Shown: one piece after another, positions 13,018-25,590 of the stretch
Numbering within the stretch: position 1 is the stretch's first letter
Layout: every line of letters starts with the position of its first letter
NCBI RefSeq assembly: GCF_001194135.2
Contig: NC_068993.1
Location: forward strand, 36,640,259 to 36,704,258
DNA from: Octopus bimaculoides
Taxonomy: Eukaryota
Length of the DNA: 64,000 bases
Direction of reading: 5' to 3'
Notes under the pieces: model-generated
Databases searched by the model: none
What the model saw: only the letters and a program-made list of their open reading frames with translations
What the model was told of the DNA's origin: nothing
Program-made: the position numbers and the translations under genes

Positions 13018-15833
13018 AACAATTTCTTTGACTTACAAAGTGCCAGTCAGCAAGGGTTAATATAAACGAGTAGTCCCTCATTGCTAAAACTGTAGTTTTG
13101 AACCTAAGATCCATTGTTAATAATATACTTTGAGTTGTAATAGTAAATAAATATACAGAAAAATGACCGGCTGAAGGGATCAGCCCGAGTCCATATGTGC
13201 TTGAGGGCATCTCGTTGTGCGTTAAGGATTTTTGATATAAAAGGTGAATATAAAAATCATTGATAAAATAAACACTTTATTCCTTAAAGATTACTTAAAT
13301 ATTTATGTAATAAATACGTGATTCCTACAGCAGCTAAAACTATTCATTTCTGGTGTGTATATAAGGTGATGGTATTTATCACCTTTCACTTCTAAAAGGC
13401 ATTTATAATTTATAAATAAATATACCATACACAAGCGCAGACGTAAAATTTATGAAAGAAAACTGAATCAGAACGAAATCAAAATACAAATAAATTTACA
13501 AGCGAGGTGAGAGGCCAAACAGCTAAATGCGTGACTGAGAGTTGATGGACTTCATGGATTGTGTATCAAAATACCAACATTCCGACAGAAGCGATTCTAG
13601 AGCAACCTCTACAGTCGTGAGATGACAGACAGCCTCTAATAGTAAAATAAAATTTTAAAAATTCTTCTCCTCATATTCACTCTTTCTTTGATTCCCACTT
13701 AAAATGGATGGTAAAATAAACTAATGATTTCAGCAGCCAACTCGTTCAAAGAGTAATTTATCCTATAACTATTTTGGATGTTCCCCGTAAGCTGCAATTT
13801 GCAAACGTAAAGAATAAATACCAAGAAATGTCACAAAACATTGCATATCTCAATGTTTGTTCATCTGAGTTCTTTATATTCACTTTCTTTTGAAAGATAT
13901 ATCTATTCCTCTCGTCTTGTCTAATCACGTCGATATCATCATAGATGATAATTAATTAGATCAATGATAAGGAGTGCATTGAATGCTGCTGCAGTCTTTG
14001 TGTTGTCTCGCATGCAAGTCGTTTACTTAATCATTTGCCCTACCTATAAAAAAAATCACGAGGATGGTTAAGTTGATAAACAGGTTAAAAGTTGAATAGA
14101 TACTTAAAGATTCTGTTTCAAACCCTGCCTTATCGTATTATGATAAATCGAGTCTACTGACTTACGAACATGAGTTGTTGTTGTTGTTGTTTGGGAACAA
14201 GAAAAGGTGAACTTGTCCTGCGAGACTAGATGTCCCATAGTAATGAACTAATGGAATTTGGTATAACGAAACCTTTCCAGAACTACTTCTCAAAATTATT
14301 TAGTACAACGTGGTTGCTATATTGCTAAAATATATTAGAGTAGGCGGAAGTCTTTCCGTATTTTTCTCCACGGTCTTCAAGAGCTCTGTAGACTCCAGTT
14401 AGTCCAAGACTGCTCTACTATTATTGTACACAAACAAATGAAGGAATCTAAGTCTTCGCTCGAACTATTAGAAATCACCGCCATAAAAAGTCATGTTTTA
14501 GGACTGAACTGCAAAGTTATACTGATAATTAATAATATAATAGCCGTAAAATTACATTAATAAGAATTATTAGTTGTAGAGACAACGGGGTTCTGCATTT
14601 TCAGTTTACTAAACACCACTTATAAGATATTGATCAATCCGGATCAATACCTTGTAGAATGCAAACACTGGTCCAAGATATTGTATAGTGATATCGAACT
14701 CGGAACTAAGACAATGTAGTCCTTGGTTTACAATGAGATAGGCATGGCTGGATGGTCTGATTGTATATCTGTTCGATCAGTACTGAACCGAGACTAAACA
14801 ACAACTATCTACAGTGTTCGTTGCTTCATATTCCGAATCGAAATCCCATGAGGGGTGATTTCGCTTTTTCTTCCTCTGGGTTCGATCAAATAAATTGTAC
14901 AATAGAAAAAGTATAGCGGGGAAGAGGGTATCTTCGTACTTCGAACCACAAAGGGATTTTTATTTTTTATTTTTTATGTTGTATTGTAGAATTACAAAAG
15001 AAAATGGATAACTGCACCAAGATAATCTATTATTCTGTCTCCCATTAATCTCACTCTTCATTCGTCTCCTTAAATCGATTGAAACAGAAAACTAGCGCGA
15101 TAGCAGTGTAACGGAGTGGAAGCAGAAATAAACGAGAGAAACTTTGCAACTGAAGACGGCACAGTTTTGGAATAACTGTCCCTCAAAGTCCATATCTCAT
15201 TGGAAAGGAAAAGAGTCTTTTTTTCTTTTATTTTTTATCCTTCATTTTTACATTACATTTGTTGTTCTCATACGATGGAAATGCTTTTCCAAAAATTTCC
15301 GTTTCTGACATTTCCCACGAGGTATGGAACTTCGAGGGGCAGCTGTTCCCAAACTCTTCCCTCAAGACCTCATCAATGTACAAACAAACTCTCAGATATT
15401 CTCGTTTTGTAGACACATTCCGAACTTCAATACTCAGATTCAGGTAACATTCGCCATTTTCTACCTTGTTTTTTTCTAGTCCAGACCTATTTGTTAAACC
15501 ATTACAAACCTATACATGTGTCAGACTAAATATCTGACAAAAAAGAAAAAAACATACACACACCACATAGCCGCTGGAGTGGCTGTGTGATAAGAAGCTT
15601 GCTTCCCAACCACATAGTTCTGGGTTCAGTCTCACTGCGTGGCACCTTGGGAAAGTGACTTTTACTATAGCGTCGGGCCGACCAGTCTTGTTAGTGGATT
15701 TGGTAGACGGAAACTGAAAGAAGCCCGCCGTGTGTTGCGAAACCCCCTCTCTCACTATTCAATGACACTTCTACTATTCCTCGTGCTGGAGTGAGAGTAA
15801 TAGTAGGCATAAAGACGGTGAGGGCGGTGGCGA

Positions 15834-15886
<53 letters not shown>

Positions 15887-16675
15887 CAAAGAAATTTAGG
15901 GAGAGTCGATGATGTTTTATTAAAAGTAGTAGTGTTGATGGTGACAGTGGGAATAATAATAAGAGAGACAAAAAGAGTATTTGAGAGAAAGAGGGACTGA
16001 ACACTGAACCAGCATGCTGAATTAACATACTGAACACTGATGGTAATGGGGTGATAGTAATAGTATGAGCTGTAGTTCTGATAGAGGCGGAGGCGGCGGT
16101 GATGATGGTGATGGTGGTGGTAGTGGTGATAGCCGAGGTGGTCAGGGATGACAGTGAGAGTAAGCAATGTGAAAGGCAGAGGTGATGGTGGTGGAGGGGA
16201 AGGCGGCGACATATAAGGTATTGATGGTGGTGGCGTCAGAAGTCCGAATTGTGTATGTGGCAGATGTGGCGTATATGGTCGACAGGGCGGCTTTTAAGCT
16301 AGTATANNNNNNNNNNNNNNNNNNNNNNNNNNNNNNNNNNNNNNNNNNNNNNNNNNNNNNNNNNNNNNNNNNNNNNNNNNNNNNNNNNNNNNNNNNNNNN
16401 NNNNNNNNNNNNNNNNNNNNNNNNNNNNNNNNNNNNNNNNNNNNNNNNNNNNNNNNNNNNNNNNNNNNNNNNNNNNNNNNNNNNNNNNNNNNNNNNNNNN
16501 NNNNNNNNNNNNNNNNNNNNNNNNNNNNNNNNNNNNNNNNNNNNNNNNNNNNNNNNNNNNNNNNNNNNNNNNNNNNNNNNNNNNNNNNNNNNNNNNNNNN
16601 NNNNNNNNNNNNNNNNNNNNNNNNCTTACATTATTTACATTTGACGGATATTTGTCCTCATCTTGTTTGTTGCTT

Positions 16676-16719
16676 ACACAATATTTCGGTTGATATACCC
16701 TCCAGCCTTCATCAGGTGT
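16676..16719 (-). ncRNA. Minimal type I hammerhead motif in SINE (core intact)
   Basis: ACAC | CTGATGA | a GGCTG(gagggtatat)CAACC | GAAA T-A TT^ | GTGT; one mismatch in stem II, and ACGT has decayed to the still-palindromic ATAT. Confidence 0.65.
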
Positions 16720-17038
16720 CTTGGGGAAATTTCGAACCTGGGTTCTCATTCGTAAGGTATTTTTCGATGTTATTGTTATTATTACTATTCTTTAGGTCAT
16801 TACTTGGAATTGAACTCGGAATATTGGGGTTAGTAACCCGCGCTCTTAACCACTACGCCATATGCCCGTAGGCCCACGGGCATATGGCGTAGTGGTTAAG
16901 AGCGCGGGCTACTAAACACAAGATATTCGAGTTCGATTCCAAGCAGTGACCTAAAGAATAACAACAACAATAATAATAATAACAACAACATCGAAAAATA
17001 CCTTAGGAATGAGAACCCAGGTTCGAAATTTTCCCAAG

Positions 17039-17082
17039 ACACCAGATGAAGGCTGGAGGGTATATCAGCCGAAACGTTGTGT
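17039..17082 (+). ncRNA. Minimal type I hammerhead motif in SINE (core U4 mutated to A)
   Basis: ACAC | CAGATGA | a GGCTG(gagggtatat)CAGCC | GAAA C-G TT^ | GTGT; stem III is the loop-less palindrome ACGT. Confidence 0.65.
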
Positions 17083-17603
17083 AAACAACAAACAAGATGA
17101 GGACAAATATCCGTCAAATGTAAATAATGTACATAATTCCTCATCTCTTGAATATAGAACTGTATGTATATGTGTGCGTCTGTGTTTGTCCATCCCGCCA
17201 TCACTTGACAATCGATGGTGTGTTTACGTCCCTGTAACTTAGCGGTTCGGCTTAAGAATCGATAGAATAAATACGAGGCTTACAAAGATAAGTCCTGGGG
17301 TCGATTTGTTCGACTAAAGGTGATGCTCCAGCATGGCCGCAGTCAAATGACTGGAACAAGTAAAAGAATAAAAGAAAAGAATATATGTCTATAAACAAGT
17401 GCTGAAATATGTCTCATGTTTATAGCTCTAGTTCATTAATGTTATGTCTCTCCTAGAAGCCTATTAGTCTTTCTATAATACACAAGATGAGAGTAGTACT
17501 TCGAGTTTTCAGTGTGAATGGATAACTTGCATGAAACGGTACAGACATTTTATCCTCCCCCAAGTCTTCACAATGAAAACAAGCTTTTGGGGTCCGCCTA
17601 GAC

Positions 17604-20510
17604 CAGGGATGGGGAACCTGCGGCCTTCCGGACCATCAAGTGCAGCCGTCTGCGGCCATTGGTATATTTTCTTTCTTTTTTTGATATTGAATATTTTTTG
17701 TCTAAAATCATTTTTTGCCTTAAACTTACAATACACACATACACAGAGACAAAAGGAAAGTTTACTGTGTTTAATGATGTCACTCTCGGAAATTAGAAGC
17801 ATTTTTCTTTGAACCCAATGAATTTAAACTCAAAGCAACAAGTATATAAAGGTAACATTTCCTTGTCAGCTACACTAGCTTAGTGGGAGTGACTTCACAG
17901 ATGATACACGAGGAGTTCCTGTCTCGTCCACCTTTTCATTGTGATCTGTGCTACGTACTTTACTTAGTAATTGCGTAGTCGTGACCAACTTCATACTGAC
18001 TTGTTTTGTGAGGCTGAGTTAATTATAGCCTTATAACTTGCATGAAACCACGTTCTTGGAATTTTGGTCATAAGTTCAACAATTGTCACTATTTTGTGAG
18101 ATTGGAAACCGTCAATATTTGCCATTATTTCTGCAACAATTAGGTAATGATAAATAAGAGTACTAATTACGGAAAAAAATTATAGCTAATCTACATGTTC
18201 AGTCTCGGATGGTAGTAACAATTGCTAACGTCAAAACCAAAAACATGGTTTTGGATGCAAATTTATCGTGTCTTGTCTAAGACTGTTTTATTTGGGTCAG
18301 TGTGCGGCCGGTTTTACTAATTCGTTATTAAACTTTTATTTTTTATTTTTTTTTTAGAATAAATACATTTCTTTTTAACCCATAATTATGCCAAAAAAAT
18401 TAAAACGAATTTTGAAAGAAGAAAACAGGACCTTCAATGAAGAATGGGAATTGCAATATTTTTTAGTAAACGGTGGATGCAAGATGTCTTGCTTGTTTTG
18501 TGATACCGCAATTGTGACGGTTAAGAAATTCAATGCACTGCAACATTATGCTCTTCATAAAGACAATAAATATGCCAAATTAGACGGCGAGTCTTGAAAG
18601 ATAGCATTGCAGAAACTGGAAGATGGAAAACAAAAGCAAAGACAGTTTTTCCAATTTGTGTTGCATCAAGGGAATGCTACGACAGAAGCCAGCTATAAAG
18701 TTGCATATTTGCTTGGTAAAAAAGGTAAGCCATTCAGCGATGCAGAAGTCATAAAGGAATGTATTTTAGAAATGGTAGGATGTGTAGATCCCGATAAAGT
18801 TAACAAATATAAAGACGTGCCTCTTTCAAGAAGGACTAATACAAATCAACAGCATGAATTGGCCTGCAATGTAACAAAGCAATTGAAAAATATAATCCAA
18901 AAAGAAAATGTATATTGCTCAGTAGCTTTGGATGAATCGACAGATTCCAGATTCAGCACAAGTATTGTATTTTATTCGTGTTATAACTGATGATTTTCAA
19001 TTATATGAAGAATTATTTGCTTTAGGCACCCTTAAAGGAAGGACTCGAGGGATAGATATTTTTATCAACTTCAAAGAACAATGTCATAAAGTAGGACTAA
19101 ATTTTACTAATTTGGTGTGTGCACGGATGGTGCTCCAGCTATGATGGCTGAAAATGAAGGATTTATTGCACATCTTAAAAAAGTAACTAAAGAACCAAAT
19201 GTACTGATTTCTTTTCATTGTATTTTTACATCAGCAAAATTTATGTGCAAAATCTGTCATTTTAAATGACACTTTGCAGAAAGTTATAAGTATTGTAAAC
19301 TATATTCGAGCAAATGCTCTGAAACATCGTCAATTTCGAAATATGCTGATGATGGATGACGAAGTAATTAATGTGGATTTGCCTTATCACTCAAAAGTAC
19401 GCTGGTTGTCGCAAGGAAAAGTATTGGTCAAAATTTTGTGTTTACGATGGCAAATAATTGACTTTTTCAATGAAAACAACAACAAACATTTTGATTTACC
19501 AGATCCAAACTTTTACAGAGATGTTGCATTTTTATGTGATGTGATGTCAAAACAAAATGAGTTAAACATTTCGTTATAAAGCAAAAACAAATGTATTTCT
19601 GATATGTGGCAAAAAATTTGGGCATTTAGAAAACAATTGTCGTTTTTCAAGTTCCTTTCGGTTCAATCAAAACTTTCAGAACACTTTCCTCAGCTTACGA
19701 AGGTAATGGGTGAAAATGAAAATATCTATGACTCTTTTGAAGAATACGAGCCAGTTTTAGACTCATTTATAGAAGAATATAATAAAAGATTCAACGATTT
19801 TGAAAAACATAACATCACTCTGAAACTTGCTTTTCAGCCTTACCTAGTTGATATTTCAGAGGCTCTCGAAGAGTTACAAATGGAACTTATTGAAATGTCT
19901 GAAGATAATATCCTGAAATCTCTTTGACAAGAGGGAAAATCCCATCGAAATTTCGAAAAGTGCGGTAGAATATCCTCGTCTTCGTGAACATGCACGCCGA
20001 CTAATTTCCTGCTTTTCTTCAACAAACTGTTGTGAATCCACATTCTCGTACTTGATGCAAATCAAGAATTCGCTGAGAACGCAATTGACAGATGAGCATT
20101 TGGAGGACCAATTGAAACTAAGAAACATTATGTTAGAGCCCGATATCAAAACAATTTCTCAAAAAAACCAAATTCGAAGAAGTCAAAAATTTGTATAAAA
20201 AGTACCTACTTGCCTGAACTAACTATTTGAAAATGTTATATTCTCGATGTTCATAAGCTGTCTTTTTTTTATAAGATCATTATTCATTTACTTATTACTT
20301 GTATACAATGTACCTACTTATTTAAATAAAATATTTGAAAAGTCATGCTTTCGATTTCTACATACCTGTCTTTCTTTTGTTAGATTACTAATAAATTAAT
20401 TAGGGGATAAAATAATTAAATACAAGAAAAATAATTTGTTTAATGCGGCCTCTATGAGGGATAATGAATTGTAGGGTGGCCTTCATACACAAAAAGGTTC
20501 CCCATCCCTG
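17604..20510 (+). mobile_element. Near full-length hAT DNA transposon, Buster/SPIN/Charlie group (2907 bp)
   Basis: Perfect 16-bp TIRs CAGGGATGGGGAACCT (17604-17619) and AGGTTCCCCATCCCTG (20495-20510). Perfect 8-bp TSD GCCTAGAC (17596-17603; 20511-20518) with central TA. TGCGGCC motifs at 17619, 17651, 18303 and 20444. Confidence 0.95.
18388..20198 (+). pseudogene. Disrupted hAT transposase (~600 aa; GTF2IRD2/EPM2AIP1/ZBED-like family)
   Basis: FNEEWELQYF..CLFC..HY (BED-like), LDESTD, TDGAPAM, HC..HQ, HSKVRWLSQG, CCESTFS..IKN.LR..L.DEHL (dimerisation region). In-frame stops at 18595-18597 and 19577-19579; frameshifts near 18950, 19120, 19225 and 19922. Confidence 0.9.
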
Positions 20511-20692
20511 GCCTAGACTCAGAACAGAGATTAATGATAACTGGGTGTAATCGGTGCAAAGAAGGTGAAGGGATTCCAAGGGACGTTCGCGTCAATAATG
20601 GCAATGGGAACAGAAAGAAAATGCATTGAATGGGTTGAGATCGATGTATAACACAGAGCCAGACAGATATACCATTATTGCAATATGAGGAA

Positions 20693-20900
20693 GGCAGCGA
20701 ACTGACAGAAACGTTAGCATGCCGGGCGAAATGCTTAGCGGTATTTCGTTCCGAGTTCAAATTCCGCCGAGGTCGACTTTGCCTTTCATCCTTTCGGGGT
20801 CGATAAATTAAGTACCAGATGCATACTGGGGTCGATCAAATCGACTGACTCCCTCCCCCAAAATTTCGTGCCTTATGCATAAGAGTAAAAAAGATTATTG
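20693..20900 (+). mobile_element. tRNA-derived SINE family C (...GAGTTCAAATTCCGCCGAGGTCGACTTTGCC...)
   Basis: CpG-rich young copy. Older copies at about 40200-40380(-), 44056-44290(-), 44500-44680(-), 46389-46581(+), 50704-50930(+), 50940-51150(+) and 56015-56135(+). Confidence 0.8.
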
Positions 20901-23368
20901 TAATGTGAGAATATTGCTACGTAGTTCTTAGAATATGCTGTTGAAAGCTTACTTATTTGTTAGACTGCACTATTTAGGATTTTCAGAGATATGAGGAGCA
21001 TACAATCCCCAAATTGTATTTAACTGTAATGGATTAGCATCCGTTTAGGAATGAAGTATTTTCTAGCAATGAAGAGCCAGCTCAGCCTGTCATCTTGGTT
21101 ATGTAAAGAACTTCAGGTTCCATGAAAACATTGTCGGAAATAGTAAAGAGTTTGAACAGAATGAATGAATATTGTGTTCATTAATGTTGGTTCCTTCGAG
21201 ATTTGCCATGTTTGAACTTGGGTATTGGTTGAAGGAGTCCGGACATGTTAACTGATCGATATTATAGGATGTTTTAGAGATTTCCGTTCATGAGAGTTAC
21301 GCAAGCATTGGTGAGAATAGTTCAGGTTACATGCGAAGTTTTGTGCAGAAAATAACAAGACAGAAAGATGTATCAAAGATAACATTTAACGATTGTAAAC
21401 AACAGACTGTGATTTGAGAGATTTAGCTACTATTTCTAGCAGACCGAATGATTGAGTAAGAAGCCCCCTCCTTTGAAAAGGTAAAGTATATTAGCGACAC
21501 AGGTGTATTAATATAACCGGTAGAAAGTACCTTCGGAGAGTTCTACATCCTAACTATACAAACATCAAGAGTCTCTCACATACGTAATATAGGTAATATA
21601 ACGACTGAAAAACTACGATCAACTAAGACTATCCATGCAATTAATAGAAAAAACTTCCTCTTGTGTTGTTTAGAATCTAAAAATAAAATAAGGGAGTTAA
21701 CTCTAATACGAGCTATGGGAAAATTTTAGTGTGAATTTTGTGTACGAAATATCGATCATGTTTCGGTCTCTTCAGGGAACAATGTTTTACTCAGTTGGCA
21801 ATATTTACAAGACAAGTTCCGCTCCCATCTTCATCATCTTTATTTTTCAACAATTTCGGTTCATTGATCATATTGAAGTTGTCTCCTTTGTTTTTAGACT
21901 TAAAACGACCATGGAGAGAAGGGTTGTATAACCTGTAGTGAGTTTTTCAGCTCACTATAATTTCTACCATGGGGAAAAGTCTGGTTAAAAATGTAAACGA
22001 GCAAGCAGCTTACGTAAGGACGAAGAATGTGAGGGATTAGAGGCATAACATGATTAAATGAGAGTTCCGGAAACTTACACTCAACTGAATCTTCATAACT
22101 GGAAAGCTTTCAATCCAGTTGTTTACTGAATGGGTAGAATCTTTGGGCAGAAGATTCTCGAGCCAACCCCCCCCCCCCCAGTCTTTACTGACCTCAAAAG
22201 CAAGCGCACAACTTTCAGCAAAATTCCCCTATGTGCATGGTTTTTCACAATTCTGTCTTAAATTTGGCCTTGCACAACCCATATGGGTAATCAATGAGGG
22301 TTCAAGGTGGTGTATGTATCGATCACCATCGAGATGATAGCATTTCGTTTAAAGAAGGTATACAACATACGAGGTAAACAGACCAAGAGAGATTTAGTGT
22401 GGGGTTCCTAAGTAGAACATCTAAACAAAAATTCTCTCTCAAAAGATTAGATGATAAAACAGTTGGGGAGCATATACAGTTATCCTAAAACATCATCAGA
22501 TACATACTAGTTTATGAAACCAACTTCAAACAAATTCTGTTTATCTTTTACTTTTTCAGTTATTGGACTTTGGTCACGCTGAGGTACTACCTTGTACGAA
22601 TCGACCCAACATTCTTTATTAAACCTGGTACTTATTCTATCGGTCACTTTTGCCGAACAATTAATTTACGGGAACGTAAATAAATCAACACCGGTTGTCA
22701 AGCAGTAAGTGGGGGGAACGAACACATAGATATATACTTATATGCACGACGGGCTTCATTCAGTTTCTGTCTACCAAATCCACTCACAAGGCTTTAATCG
22801 GCCCGAGGCTATAGTAGAAGACACTTGCCCCAGGTGTCACGCAGTGGGACTGAACCTGGAACCATGTCGTTGGGAAGCAAACTTCTTACCAGACAGCTAC
22901 ACTTGCGCATGCATATATCATGAATACATTATGTAAAGCCACACTTTCTACATTAACAAAATATGGTTCTGTGTCACTTTCTTTGGATGGGTGTTGAAAT
23001 GGTGGTTAGAACAACCTTATTTACTAAATATCTATGTCAAGCGATTTGCTAGATCTACTACATTACCAAAAATTCTTATACACCCTACAGTGGAATGGCA
23101 GATCGTTAGAGTTTCTCAACACGCCTTGCTGAGTTTAATTACAGTATTATATATTCAATCTACATCTAGCAAACGTTATGGAAATATAAACTGACTGACA
23201 GCACTTTACTGGTACTTTGCTTTTATCATTCCCGGAGGGATGAAAGGTAAAGTTGATTTCTGCGAGATTTGAATCTCAGAAGACAAAGACTTTTCATTTT
23301 TTGAGTTTAAAATCAGTCGGAGTAAGCGTCACCTTTCATCCATCCGAGTTGGATAACATGAAGTAACA

Positions 23369-23467
<99 letters not shown>

Positions 23468-23771
23468 CTATAATACCGCAGACATGTGAATGGAAACATT
23501 ATATAGGACTGAGACCCTGGCTGGCTATTAGCAGAAATGAAGAAATCAGCTTTCTGAAGGAATCTGTTTAGCTCGCACAAATTGACTTCTAAACATGCAC
23601 AACTTTGAAGCTCATTTAACTAATGAGGTGATCAACACAGCTAGAAATAGCCTAAAATATTCCACCATAGACAGACATACACATATACATACACCTACGA
23701 GACAAACACACACACGCACACATATATTTGCCGGTATGTGTAATATATGGATGACATATGTATAGGATAAG

Positions 23772-23810
<39 letters not shown>

Positions 23811-23940
23811 ATGTATATATAAAAGAAACTATGATGACATAATGATCATCACTGATGCCAGATAAGTTTATTCAATTCAGCCGGTTCCACCGCCCTCACC
23901 ACTACCCATCCTTACCAACATAAAGGAAACCACTTGTATG

Positions 23941-23981
<41 letters not shown>

Positions 23982-24999
23982 CACACAAAAAAAAAAACAC
24001 GTGAGAATGATAGTAATGAAGAACCGTCACACTGGAAATTGTAGATAAATGTATCTACCTCTGAATATTTATATGGGCCTGTATTAAGAGACAAAAACCA
24101 TTCCTCTAGAAGAGAGAAGACTAGTGGTTTCACGACATGCCGAACTGCGAAGAACATGTGGTCGGTTATCGTAAAGTGTACTGGCTTCCAGTAGCAGCAT
24201 GACTGGGGAATAGCAACTAGTTGATGCGCAGTTCCAAACAACCGTCAGATGCAATGAAAATTCTTCATTCACATGTACATACAGTAGCAGCAGCATCACC
24301 AACTTTGGGACGTTGGACATTTGTCGGACCGTCGGTCAGTTCTGGGAGGCAGAGAGATCTATTAATAAAACATTTAAGGTTTTCCCTAAATTCAACGTTT
24401 TTCTTTTTTTTAAATTTTAACTAAACTAATCTAACAGCATTTATTACATTTATTTCATAAACATATCTGACACTCGCATACGTACATATACGCATCTACA
24501 TAAGTATGTATATGCACACATATTTACACGTATGTATATATATATACACACACACATATGTAAGTATGTAATATATACACACATGTACACATATCTATGT
24601 CCACAAACTGACATGTACATATATTCATGTATGTGTGTGTATAGGGCGTGGTTAGACACTTTTCTCGTGTTTAACACCCAAAAACGTTTATTAGTAGCTG
24701 CTCTCTTTTACATCAGCAATCATGTTTTTACGTTGTTGTCCAGGTATTTAGACACACATTGATCTCCAATGAACATCCGCAACGATTGCGGAACGTTACA
24801 TCAGTTACTAAATGTGTACTATATATGTACCGCTGTTTAGTTACATATACATATACATACATACACACACACACACACACACGTGTGTGTGTGTGTAAAC
24901 AATATATACATTAATAATATGAAGAGAGTATATAGAATTCAGTTAATTACACACTATATATATTTGTATTATGATTATCGTCATTACTCTATATATTGT

Positions 25000-25590
25000 T
25001 TACATATTCCCAAATACTTATACCAGCTCGAAAATTATATTTCTAATTGCTCACAACGTTTGTCCATATACTTATTTAAAATATATTATCACCGTTTTCA
25101 TCTGCTGCCCCTCCCGTGGAACTGATACAAATTTTTCACTGTTAAACTATTTGTTACTTCAAACTTACTGTCTCTTGTTTATATTTGGTAGTTTTACTCC
25201 TTATTCAATATTCAACTTCAGTTCTCGACACAGGAGCGAATTAAGTTACATAAACCGTCTTCATGAAAACTATTTACCATTCAGTAATAATATTTCTGGT
25301 ATATCCGCTCTGACTCATCTCTATCTCGGTAATTTGAGTTTTTCGCAATCTCTGGATACTAGGCGTCAGATTTTTCTATCCAGGTATTCGTTTAATAGCT
25401 CTTCTTGGTATACATTCAATTCTTTTTCCCATGTGTTCTTTATTGTAAAAGAGGTGATGGTGTGACGCCAGACAGAAGTTGCATCATCTAAATAGGATCT
25501 TACAAAAATACATCTGTCAGACGATATAGAAATGTTTGTGTTAAAGTATTCAAAAGTTCTCTTGATACCCACCATCCACACCTTCGCCTA
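25000..25590 (-). mobile_element. CR1-type LINE 3' relic
   Basis: Decayed GIKRTF.YF...FVRSYLD.A.SVW...IE.I.RRA.K.IPG..NL...QRL.KLKLP, resembling the post-RT region of CR1 ORF2. Confidence 0.55.

Larger units (their letters stand above)
16625..17160. mobile_element. Head-to-head pair of tRNA-derived SINEs, each carrying a hammerhead motif (~245-bp-arm palindrome, 6-nt spacer AGGCCC at 16870-16875)
   Basis: Right copy from 16878: GGGCATATGGCGTAGTGGTTAAGAGCGCGGGCTACTAA...GAGTTCGATTCC (pol III A and B boxes), an (AAC/AAT)n linker, the hammerhead, then a tail. The left copy is its reverse complement and runs to the N gap. The arms differ by several substitutions and in linker length. Confidence 0.85.

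Noticed and set aside
15230-15470. GAB exon 2 candidate (KWRM on minus)
   Set aside because: Wrong phase, early stop, and no FVL or other PH motifs.
16878-16950. tRNA gene
   Set aside because: Has A/B boxes but no proper acceptor stem and continues into a repeat body; it is a SINE head. The same applies to the other tRNA-like heads.
16625-17130. Palindrome as a library or assembly fold-back artefact
   Set aside because: The arms differ at several positions and in microsatellite length, which an artefactual fold-back would not produce; long-read confirmation is still desirable.
21738-21765. CTGAAGA-gacc-GAAAC on minus as a hammerhead
   Set aside because: Core words present, but stems I and III cannot be formed.
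24084-24320. Minus ORF with a signal-peptide-like start (MSNVPKLVMLLLLYV)
   Set aside because: No domain, no clear splice partner; the region is CpG-rich but its function cannot be supported.
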